From assembly GCA_020027805.1 (NCBI GenBank), contig JAHKKQ010000001.1, positions 1-63,561 on the forward strand: a stretch of 63,561 bases of DNA, written 5' to 3'. The notes below the pieces were generated by a model, which was not told where the DNA came from, did not search any database, and saw nothing but the letters and a program-made list of their open reading frames with translations. Position 1 is the first letter of the stretch, and every line of letters begins with the position of its first letter. The stretch is from Candidatus Dadabacteria bacterium (GTDB taxonomy: Bacteria > Desulfobacterota_D > UBA1144 > Nemesobacterales > UBA2774). Shown here piece by piece: positions 31,470-39,698 of the stretch. Made by a program: the position numbers and the translations under genes.

Positions 31470-32272
31470 CTAGCCGTTCTGCGCCGGTTCGGCTATTACT
31501 TCGTTCATATACGCCGAACTGATCATATCGTATACCGCACTCGCCATCTCTTTTCTTGATTGCGCCTCTTGCGGGTCGATTTTCCCCAGCACGTTTAATT
31601 CAGCCTCGACATATCCGACGGACAGGAGTTTAAAAAGGTGGTCAAAAAATTTCATATCCCCGTAATAATAAATCAGGTCTTTATTCTTGTCGGTGAGGGC
31701 TTCCCCGTCGATCCCCGTGTATTTAATGCAGAGGGGCAGGATTTCAACCCCCGCTTTCTGAGCAATGCTTAACAGCGGTGTTTTAAAGGGGAGTACCCGG
31801 CTCCCGTTCGAGGTCGTTCCTTCGGGAAAGAGGGCGACATTTATTCCCAATTCGAGAATCTCGGAGATCGATTCTATGTCGGTACGCAGCCCCGACCTGT
31901 TCCTCCTCTCGACGAAGTACCCGCCGCTCAGCTCGGTCGCTTTCCCCAGGAGGAGGTCGCTTTTAACCTCGTCGACGCTCGCGATGAAGGAAACCGGGAA
32001 GAATGAGGATATGACAAATATATCCACGTACGAAAGGTGGTTCGACAGGATCAGCATGCTTTTACCGCCGCCGATGCCGTTTCCCCGGCTTTGCAGATTT
32101 ACCCTGATGCCCAACGCCTTATTCATGAGGGCCGAATGAAACGACAAGGCTCTCGTGGACCAGTTTAATTTCCTTTTTTTCTCTCTTGCTATAGCCCGAA
32201 GTACGGTAGTACTCGTGAAATAGGATACGACTACGCAAAAAAAAAGAAGAGCTTCGTATACTTTCTAATCAT
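31470..32272 (-). pseudogene. PlsC-family (OlsA-like) lyso-aminolipid O-acyltransferase; the N-terminus is frameshifted in an A9/T9 tract
   Basis: HX4D box NHLSYVD and FPEGTTS. The ATG at 32272 overlaps the upstream stop and reads MIRKYTKLFFFFA*. One extra T in the T9 run (32237-32245) would join it to the TM helix and catalytic domain. Confidence 0.7.
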
Positions 32273-33125
32273 TAGGCGGCTTATACCTCTTCTCGAAAGA
32301 TTTGGAGAGCACCTCCAGATCGAGGACGGTGAAGAAGTCGGCGCACTTGAACTTCTTGTCGAGCGCCGGCTCGCCGCAAATAACCGAGCCTGCCTTGAGG
32401 TAGCTCTTCAGGAGGGGAGGGATGAAATCCTCGATCGATTCCGTTTTGATGCCGAATTTGTCGAAGGCGCTCAGATAGTAATCGAGCTCCTTGATCCGGT
32501 GTTTTTCGTTGGGATAGACCCTGAAGTCCTCCGGGGAGAGGTAGAGCTCTTTGATATATTTGTATATAAGGCTGATTTCGACGAAGTTCGTGGTGGCGAT
32601 GCTCGAGCACCCGAACAGGTACTTGGCGTTAATCTTCTTGAAGTATTCCGATAAGCCCTTCCAGAGGAGCGCTATGCCGGTCCCGTTTCTGTAATCCTTA
32701 TGGACGCACGCCCTCCCTAGCTCGAGCTTTATCCCCTCGGCTGATTTTATCTGGTCGATCGAAAATTCGGTCTCGGAGTAGAACTTGTCGGAGAAGGTCG
32801 ATGATATGAACCTGTACGTCCCGACTACAGTGTTATATTTCTTGTCCAGAATGATTAAATGGTCGCAGACCCGGTCGAACTTGTCGATGTCAGTCCCGGA
32901 AAAATTTTCTTTATTAAGAGATTCCCTGTAAAAAACCTCGTATCTCAGATTGAGCGCCTTTTCCAGCTCAAAACTGTTTTCAACAGTTTTAATCAGGAAC
33001 CTGTTGCTTTCGATATAGATCGGGACCTTCGGCTTGAACTGCCTTAATTTCCATCGGAACGCTTTCCTGAGCACGTTCGAAGAGGTGACCGTGTCTTTTA
33101 AAGACATAACTTTTTTTGCCAGCAT
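32265..33125 (-). CDS. GNAT N-acyltransferase of the OlsB/GlsB (hemolysin-like, aminolipid-forming) type
   Basis: 286 aa. LRYEVFYRE, DKFDRVCDHLII, VVGTYRFI, FYSETEF, LELGRACVHKDYR, and YLFGCSS match the OlsB-type family pattern. Confidence 0.85.
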   Translation of the reverse strand: MLAKKVMSLKDTVTSSNVLRKAFRWKLRQFKPKVPIYIESNRFLIKTVENSFELEKALNLRYEVFYRESLNKENFSGTDIDKFDRVCDHLIILDKKYNTVVGTYRFISSTFSDKFYSETEFSIDQIKSAEGIKLELGRACVHKDYRNGTGIALLWKGLSEYFKKINAKYLFGCSSIATTNFVEISLIYKYIKELYLSPEDFRVYPNEKHRIKELDYYLSAFDKFGIKTESIEDFIPPLLKSYLKAGSVICGEPALDKKFKCADFFTVLDLEVLSKSFEKRYKPPND

Positions 33126-33646
33126 GCATATCTCCGCATTATGTGTTATCTGTTTAATATCACTTTAATGTTTAATCCGTATTAAGCACCCATGAATTCT
33201 ATGTTTATGGAACGTAACAATTATATCAAACATGCGGATATAAAGTCCAGATTTGACGTACAACAGGGATCGAAGGACGTTTCGGCACGATAGAGTTCAT
33301 TTACTATGTTTTTAATATTCCCTTAATGCTTAAGAAATACAATACCCTTATCGTAAACTCCGCCGATTATGGGTAAACTGCGGACAGGATGGCGTGAGCG
33401 GTTCGGCCCGTATATCGCGCCGCCATATGCTTGGAATAACTCTTACTATGGAATATAATTGGAATCCGGATGCTGCAGGCGTCTCGTTATGCCGAGGACG
33501 CTAAATCACCCCCCGGATAAGGCAAAAGACGCATAACTAACCGAATACATGGAAGATAATGGAGTCATCGGATGTGCAAGCCACTGCGATGGAGACTGGT
33601 TCACTCCGGTGCCGTATGGAGAAGGGTATTCTTCACTGAATAAAGC

Positions 33647-34702
33647 ATGAAAGTACTATTCGGAATACAAGGTACGGGTAACGGTCACATCTCCCGGTGC
33701 AGGGAGCTGCTCAAGTACCTCCTCAAGCGCGCGGAAGTCGACGTGCTCGTGAGCGGCTATCATCACGAAGTCGATCTCGGCTTCGAGGTGAAATTCAAGC
33801 TGCCCGGTTTGGGATTCACTTTCGGCAAGCGGGGCGGAATAGACTACTGGAACTCTATTAAAAACTTCAGCCCGTATAAATTACTCTCGGATATATATCA
33901 GATACCCGTAGACAAATACGACTTGGTGGTAAGCGATTTCGAGCCGATCACGGCGTGGTCATCGAAATTGAGGGGCGCCCCCTCTGTCTCGCTATCCCAC
34001 CAGGCGTCTTTCCTTTCACCGAATATCCCGAGGCCGAAACAAAAGAACCGTATACAGGAACTCATAATCAAATGGTACTCGCCGTCGCCTGCTCACATCG
34101 GTCTTCATTTTCAGGAATACGACGATTTTATTTTCACGCCCATAATCAGGGGGGAGATAAGGGACGCCGATGTCAGGAACAGGGGTCATTACACGGTCTA
34201 TCTGCCGTCTTACGATTACAGCTTCCTGTCGGAGCTGTTCAGGAAGATCGACGTTAAGTGGGAGGTATTCTCAAAGCATCACAAGGGTGAGCCCTATAAA
34301 GACTCGAACGTTACGGTATACCCCGTCAACAACGACGAGTTCGTGAGGAGCCTGTCCGAGTGCGAGGGCATACTGTGTAATGCCGGGTTCGAGACGCCTG
34401 CCGAGACCCTCTACCTCGGTAAAAAGCTCATGGTCGTTCCTATGAGGAGACAGTACGAGCAGCAGTGCAACGCCGAAGCGCTCGAGAGGCTGGGCGTACC
34501 TGTGGTCAGGGATATGGGGCAGGGGTTTGAAAATAAATTATGCGACTGGTTAAACTCGAATTTCATATATAACGCGAACTACAAGAACAATCTCCCTTTA
34601 ATCGTGGAGAGAATACTCGACTGCTCCCCCAAAGCGGATGCATTGAATGATTATATTCCGGAGCCGGATTTTAATAAAAACGGCAGGGGCGGGGCAGATT
34701 GA
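33647..34702 (+). CDS. Glycosyltransferase, MJ1255/TIGR00661-like (GT-B, GT28-related)
   Basis: 351 aa. N-terminal MKVLFGIQGTGNGHISRC and C-terminal CNAGFETPAE...GKKLMVVPM..QYEQ.CNA are typical of this family. Confidence 0.7.
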   Translation: MKVLFGIQGTGNGHISRCRELLKYLLKRAEVDVLVSGYHHEVDLGFEVKFKLPGLGFTFGKRGGIDYWNSIKNFSPYKLLSDIYQIPVDKYDLVVSDFEPITAWSSKLRGAPSVSLSHQASFLSPNIPRPKQKNRIQELIIKWYSPSPAHIGLHFQEYDDFIFTPIIRGEIRDADVRNRGHYTVYLPSYDYSFLSELFRKIDVKWEVFSKHHKGEPYKDSNVTVYPVNNDEFVRSLSECEGILCNAGFETPAETLYLGKKLMVVPMRRQYEQQCNAEALERLGVPVVRDMGQGFENKLCDWLNSNFIYNANYKNNLPLIVERILDCSPKADALNDYIPEPDFNKNGRGGAD

Positions 34703-34756
34703 AAGAAGTAACTTTTATGACTATGGAGCCCCGCGCGGATTCCTTGACAGGCGGTC

Positions 34757-35347
34757 CTAAGATGTTTTCAGTTTTTTCTCGCTGATATTTGAAGCGATGG
34801 AGAGGTTGACGAGTTTCTCCGCTATGTTCTTGTACAACTCACCTATCTTCAGCAGATTTATCACCTCGTCTATGTTGTGCCAGTCCTGGATCAGGTATGT
34901 GAGCATGACCCTCTTATGCTGATCCTCGAGCGACTCGATGAATGCGTAGTCTTCTTCTATCTTCTTCGTGTCCAGCATTTCACGCCAATTCTCATTCTCG
35001 ACCAGAGTCTTGATATGGGGGAGCAGTATGTCGAGCATCTGTTTGGTGTCGAAATCGGTGCACATAGGCTTTTTCGATTTGAGGTTCTCCATCAGGTGAA
35101 CTGAATACGTGAATTGCTGAATAATAGAGAGCATCAGCCTGAGAGCAGTAACATTATTCGCTTCTTGTTTCTTCCTGCTTTTTTCTATCGCGGTCTCGAG
35201 CTTGAGCTTAAGATGAATGAGGTCGTTTCTTAGAGACTCCAGCTCGCCTTCGCTTCTGGAGCTCATATAATTTTTCGATTTCGATATAAGTCTTTCGAAT
35301 CTGCCTTCTAACATAGTTCTGTCGAGATTATCCGTTTCCATTTTCAC
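34757..35347 (-). CDS. Hypothetical coiled-coil protein (orphan, AT-rich)
   Basis: 196 aa, rich in K/E/L heptad-like segments. No motif I recognise. It is visibly more AT-rich than the flanking genes. Confidence 0.5.
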   Translation of the reverse strand: MKMETDNLDRTMLEGRFERLISKSKNYMSSRSEGELESLRNDLIHLKLKLETAIEKSRKKQEANNVTALRLMLSIIQQFTYSVHLMENLKSKKPMCTDFDTKQMLDILLPHIKTLVENENWREMLDTKKIEEDYAFIESLEDQHKRVMLTYLIQDWHNIDEVINLLKIGELYKNIAEKLVNLSIASNISEKKLKTS

Positions 35348-35470
35348 CCCTCCCCGGAAATTGATGGGGTTATTCTATATGTGCATTGTTAAGACGGTGT
35401 GAAGATTGTGTTAAGGTGTCGGGTTTCAATCTGGGACGGAACGCTCCGGAGCAGCTAAATATTATCGGAG

Positions 35471-35508
35471 AAAAAAAGGGGCGAGTCCCTGCGGGCCGGG
35501 ACCCGCCC
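35471..35508 (-). terminator. Rho-independent terminator after the GT2-PAP2-GT4 operon
   Basis: GC-rich 11-bp stem with one mismatch (35478-35489 with 35498-35509). On the minus strand it is followed by U7 (A7 at 35471-35477). Confidence 0.6.
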
Positions 35509-35689
35509 TAATCTTTTAGAGTGCCCGGTGAGAGAGGCGGGCAATCAAATAGCAGATGATAGTATTGTAGCGATTACTTATTAAGAGAGTTTTATTAATC
35601 GGTTAAGACACGGTTAAACCTGTGATTCGAAATGCCCTTGTTTTGATTGTGGATTTGAACGCTTGTGCGTGGAAAGAAGCGAAATGGAA

Positions 35690-36680
35690 TCACATGAGGT
35701 GATTTACGAACTGGTCGGCGATCGATTTCCAGCTCTGGGTTCGGGCGTAGTCAATCGCGTTCTGCGACAGGCCGTCCAGGTTGCTGAAGGCCTTTTCGAT
35801 GTTCTCTTCGAGGCTCTCTCCCAGGTATCCCGTGATTCCGTCCTGGATAATGTCGTTCGGGCTCGGGACGTCATAGGCCACCACGGGCAAGCCGCAGGCC
35901 ATGGCCTCGAGAATTACAAGCCCGAACGTATCGAACTTGCTCGGGAACACGAACACCTGCGCCTGCGTATATATGTTCTTAAGCTGGTTATGGGGAACGT
36001 ATCCGGCGAATTCGACGTCGGGGTATCTGGATTTGAGAGTATTCAGGTAAGGTCCGTCGCCGACGAGGATCTTCCTGTATCCGGGCACCCTGCAGAAGTC
36101 GTCGAGATTTTTATCCTTGCTCACCCTCGATACGGTAATTATGGTTTTTTCGCCCGCGGTCATTTTCCCGATTCCGTGATTGAAGATCTGAGTATCCACA
36201 CCGCGCCCCCCCACACGATGCAGTTACTGAGGCCGAGCTGCCTGGCTATGCTTTTTGTGGTTTCGAGGACTTTCCTGCTGCACCCGTGGAACCACCTCAC
36301 GTATAACCAGGTGAGGAACGTGGGGACTCCGTAAAGAACCCAGCCGTAATCCGCGAGCCTCGTGTGATAGGACGTATTGTAGTTGATTCTGTTCTTCCTG
36401 CAGAACTGCCGCATGGCGAGGCCCAGGCTTCCCTCGGTCGCGATATGCACCCTGTCGGGGAGGTGCTCGTCATAATATTTACTGACGGTCTGATTAGCAT
36501 TTTTCAGTATCGGGATGTTTCCCTGAAGCTTGAGAGGCAGGTGCTCGGTACCTTCGACATAAGGATTCAGGACGGCCACATCGTGGTCCCCCCTGATCAG
36601 GTGTTCGTGATATAGCTCCATGTATGTACAACTCCGTTTACCCGGGGGTGCCATGCATCAGTGACGAGCATTGTTTTCAT
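35690..36680 (-). pseudogene. GT4-family glycosyltransferase interrupted by two frameshifts
   Basis: Three collinear pieces lie in three frames. The first is MKTMLVTDAWHPRVNGVVHT. The second is ELYHEHLIRGDHDVAVLNP...NCIVW. The third is GGRGVDTQIF...FVFPSKFDTFGLVILEAMACGLPVVAYDV. The second shift sits in a C7 tract (36206-36212). Confidence 0.8.
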
Positions 36681-36727
36681 TTTATTTTGTCCCGTGCCGG
36701 TACTTCGTTTGAAGGCTGCTATCGGGC

Positions 36728-37366
36728 TCAAAGAACCTTTGTAAGGTAGAGAATGATTATCACGGTTGCCGCACCGAGGAAGCTGCCGGCGAGGGTCTGT
36801 GAAATCGTATGCCTTCCGAGCCTGATACGGGACCAGGCTATCAGGGGCACGATAAGCGTAAGCGGGAGAACATTTTCTCCATAGAGCGCCACTGCGAGGA
36901 AGGCGAGTCCCGCCGCCGATGTGCAGTGACCGCTTATTTTCCATTTAAGCGTAATGATGAAGACAAGGAGTATCTGAAGCAGCGCCACTGCCGTCACTAT
37001 AAGCATTAGCCTCGGCGCCCCTCCGAAATACATTACCAGGAAGATGAAGGCCGCATAGGCAAATATTGCGAACAGGGGCCGGGCGCGTTCTTCTCTTATG
37101 TTCAGGTGGAAATCACTTACCTTTCCCCTGTGTACGAGCGTGAGGACGAATAAAGTAGGGGGAATTATAAGCAGAGCGATGAATATCAGTATCCAGAACA
37201 GGGAGGATTCGCTTTTGGTCGCAAGCGCGGTTACGACTATGCAGGCAAGGGCCGCCAGCGGGGGGCTGAACAGGTTCGAAATTACGCGTGCGGACTTGTC
37301 CCGCCAGTCGAGCGGTATGATAATCGGTTCCGATGTCTGCTGATAGAGTTTTTTCTCAGTTCCCAT
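36728..37366 (-). CDS. PAP2-superfamily membrane phosphatase
   Basis: 212 aa and polytopic. PAP2 motifs KISGHCTSAAG and SRIRLGRHTISQTLAG. Confidence 0.75.
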   Translation of the reverse strand: MGTEKKLYQQTSEPIIIPLDWRDKSARVISNLFSPPLAALACIVVTALATKSESSLFWILIFIALLIIPPTLFVLTLVHRGKVSDFHLNIREERARPLFAIFAYAAFIFLVMYFGGAPRLMLIVTAVALLQILLVFIITLKWKISGHCTSAAGLAFLAVALYGENVLPLTLIVPLIAWSRIRLGRHTISQTLAGSFLGAATVIIILYLTKVL

Positions 37367-38088
37367 TTTGAAGTTCCCGGTTCGTATTCATATGCGACCA
37401 ATAACCCCAGTCGCTGCCCTTACACCTGTCGGGTATCAGATTGAAGTATAAAGCCGAGCATCTCGTAATCGAGTGGAGGGTCTTTCTAATCATACCCCTT
37501 TCGAGCCGCCTGTTGTCTCCCGCATATACAACTAAATCGAAAGTAAAATAGGATTTATATCCCATACGTTTTATCCGCCACGCGAGCTCGGAGTCCTCGT
37601 TACAGATGAGCCCGCTGTCGAACCCCCCTGACGTCTCATAGGCCTCTCTTGATGATGCAGTTTGAACCCGAGGCGGCGGGTACGCCAAGCGCGTGTGTGA
37701 GACTCTGCCCGTATGCGAACCATTTGTAGTAGGCGCGATAGCGGTCGAGGGACAGCTTGGGTCCGTATATCAGGTCGTATTCTTCGAATTTCCCGACGTT
37801 TCTGAAGTAATCCCCGGAAAATACAATATCCGCGTCATTAAAAAGCAGCCACCGGGTACTTGCGGCATCTGCCCCTATCCGCCGGGCTTCCGTGACGGTG
37901 CCGGGATGCCCTATCAATTTAGTATAATCGGGACGTACGGAGGAAACAATGTCCGCTGTTGCGTCTTCGCTCTCGTCTACTACGACCAGGCTGACATTTT
38001 CAGGAAGGGATCTTGAAAAATTACGTATATTACGAGATTCATTTCTGGTTGGAAGAACAATGGTTAAATCGTGCAGGTCTATTCCCAT
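37356..38088 (-). pseudogene. GT2-family glycosyltransferase interrupted by one frameshift
   Basis: The N-terminal part is LTIVLPTRNE...VVDESED...FNDADIVF...ASGSNCIIKRGL*. The C-terminal part continues in another frame: (R)EAYETSGGFDSGLICNEDSELAWRIKRMGYK. The junction is at the (AG)3 repeat (37644-37649). Confidence 0.75.
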
Positions 38089-38236
38089 GATTAATATAAT
38101 AATTGCTATGTATTAAGCGGTGTTGAATTTCACGTTAATTTACCGTTAGATCGCTTATATTTTCGGAAGCTCCCCACGAGTTAATTATAAATCATATGGG
38201 CGCTCCGGGGAATACCATGTAACCGGCTGCCGAATC

Positions 38237-39421
38237 TTATTTTTTTGAGGCGATGCTTTTCTCGAAGCTTATTTTTAGTATCCCTCCCTCGAGATTCGCC
38301 TTCTCCACGTTCAGCCTGGCGAGGAAGCTGGGCAGGAAAATATTCCTCCTCTGGTTCTCGATCTGTATGGTGAGCTCTTCCCCCACCTGATGGAGCTTGA
38401 CTTCCTGCTTGCTGACGAAAGGCAGTTTCAGTAAAAGGCTGTAAGCCCCTTTTTCTTTAACGACCTCGTAAGGCTTTTCCTTGTAAAATATATCGACCGG
38501 GTCTTTTTTCGAGAAAAGCATGTCGCCGAATTCGAGGAGAGCGTCAACCCCCAGGATCTCCTTCGAGAATAAGGGCGCTTCGTGTATAGGGATTGCGCTG
38601 AAAAGCTCTGCGACTTCTTTCCTGTAATTCGCCTGGAACTCTTTCCATTCCTTAAAATAGGGATGGTCGAGTTCTTTCGGCATCGCTCTGTTGACTATAA
38701 CGGAATCCACGTTGTAGCCGTAGAGGTTCAGGTACGTATAAGCCCTCTGTGTTTCCTTTATGACCATCTTTTCGAGATTGAGCACGAGCCTGATTGACGT
38801 AATATCCGGGTTCGAGAACGTCTTGTGGATCGAATTCAGCTTTTCAAACAGGTCCTCGATCGCGGTATAGGTCTCTTCTTCGGGCAGCGGCATGTCTGAT
38901 ACGACCTTCACCGCGGGCCTTACCACCTTGAGCAGTTTCCTCTCTATCGGCAAGACCTTGACGATCCACCACCTCGCTACATCAGGCAGGGAGAGGAGCC
39001 TGAGCGTCTCTCCCGTAGGGGCGCTGTCCACGATAATTACATCGTACTCCCCCTCTTTGAAGTGGCTGTAGACCCAGAGGAAGCACGAGACCTCTTCCAT
39101 CCCCGGAAAGATGCTGAATTCTTCGGCCAGGACGTCGTCCACCTTCATCCAGTTGAAAAGGGACTGTATATACCCCGTGAGCTTGCCCCAGTATTTATCG
39201 ACGGAATAGAACACGTCGATTTCCTGAGCGTACAGGTTTTTTACGATTTTCTTCGGCTCGGGCCCGATGTCGATATCGAAAGAGTCACGAAGGCTGTGCG
39301 CCGGGTCAGTCGATATGACTAGTGTTTTGTACCCCCTCTTTGCCGATTGGAGCGCGGTTGCCGCTGCGACGGTGGTTTTCCCGACGCCTCCTTTCCCCGT
39401 ATACAAAATTATCCTTTTCAT
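38237..39421 (-). CDS. ArsA/GET3/TRC40-family ATPase with C-terminal HSP20-like domain
   Basis: 394 aa. Deviant Walker A GKGGVGKTT, STDPAHSL, DSAPTGETLRLLSLP, and a C-terminal beta-sandwich-like tail (YSLLLKLPFVSKQEVKLHQVGEELTIQI...GILKISF). Confidence 0.85.
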   Translation of the reverse strand: MKRIILYTGKGGVGKTTVAAATALQSAKRGYKTLVISTDPAHSLRDSFDIDIGPEPKKIVKNLYAQEIDVFYSVDKYWGKLTGYIQSLFNWMKVDDVLAEEFSIFPGMEEVSCFLWVYSHFKEGEYDVIIVDSAPTGETLRLLSLPDVARWWIVKVLPIERKLLKVVRPAVKVVSDMPLPEEETYTAIEDLFEKLNSIHKTFSNPDITSIRLVLNLEKMVIKETQRAYTYLNLYGYNVDSVIVNRAMPKELDHPYFKEWKEFQANYRKEVAELFSAIPIHEAPLFSKEILGVDALLEFGDMLFSKKDPVDIFYKEKPYEVVKEKGAYSLLLKLPFVSKQEVKLHQVGEELTIQIENQRRNIFLPSFLARLNVEKANLEGGILKISFEKSIASKK

Positions 39422-39489
39422 CTAATCCCCATATGTGCTTGGTATCTGGTAAAGGTATAATTCATTCATATAGTACCTTACTCTTCTTC

Positions 39490-39517
39490 TTGACATAAAT
39501 TCCGGAGGGCTTAATAT
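39490..39517 (+). promoter_or_regulatory. Near-consensus sigma70-type promoter (TTGACA-N16-TAATAT)
   Basis: TTGACA at 39490-39495 and TAATAT at 39512-39517, 35 nt upstream of the small ORF. Confidence 0.5.
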
Positions 39518-39551
39518 ATTTATCCCGTATACCGAGCGGGAGGCTAATGTC

Positions 39552-39698
39552 ATGGCTCAAAATGGTAATACCGGAAACCCGGGCGCGGGGGATTCTTACG
39601 ATGCGATATTTGCCGTTCTTGCTTTTGCATTGCTCCTCGCAACAGCGCTCCTCGCCGTAGGCGGTGTCTACTACAACTTTATCCATCCGGCTTTTTGA
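39552..39698 (+). CDS. Unannotated 48-aa tail-anchored-type mini membrane protein
   Basis: GGGAGG lies 8 nt before the ATG. The translation is MAQNGNTGNPGAGDSYDAIFAVLAFALLLATALLAVGGVYYNFIHPAF: a hydrophilic N-terminus and a single C-terminal TM helix. It is below the ORF-track length cut-off. Confidence 0.5.
   Translation: MAQNGNTGNPGAGDSYDAIFAVLAFALLLATALLAVGGVYYNFIHPAF

Noticed and set aside
32265-32267. The TAG between the OlsB-like and PlsC-like ORFs, which share a frame, as programmed read-through or a broken bifunctional OlsF-like fusion
   Set aside because: An ATG overlapping the stop (AATGATTAG) plus a 1-nt length change in the adjacent T9 tract reconstructs a normal, separately initiated OlsA-type protein. 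This is a simpler explanation than read-through.
33549-33650. A 33-codon upstream ORF (MEDNGVIGCASHCDGDWFTPVPYGEGYSSLNKA) whose TGA overlaps the ATG of the TIGR00661-like GT
   Set aside because: It has no Shine-Dalgarno sequence and no other support. It is probably a chance frame in the long AT-rich spacer.
36597-36944. The 115-aa ORF that overlaps the PAP2 gene
   Set aside because: Only its last ~27 codons (MKTMLVTDAWHPRVNGVVHT...) are meaningful, and they are the GT4 N-terminus. The upstream part is an out-of-frame overlap with the PAP2 coding sequence.
39462-39686. The 74-aa minus-strand ORF in the track
   Set aside because: It has no SD or promoter. It fully overlaps the + strand 48-aa ORF, which has a near-consensus promoter, GGGAGG and a clean TM helix. 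I treat it as a shadow frame.
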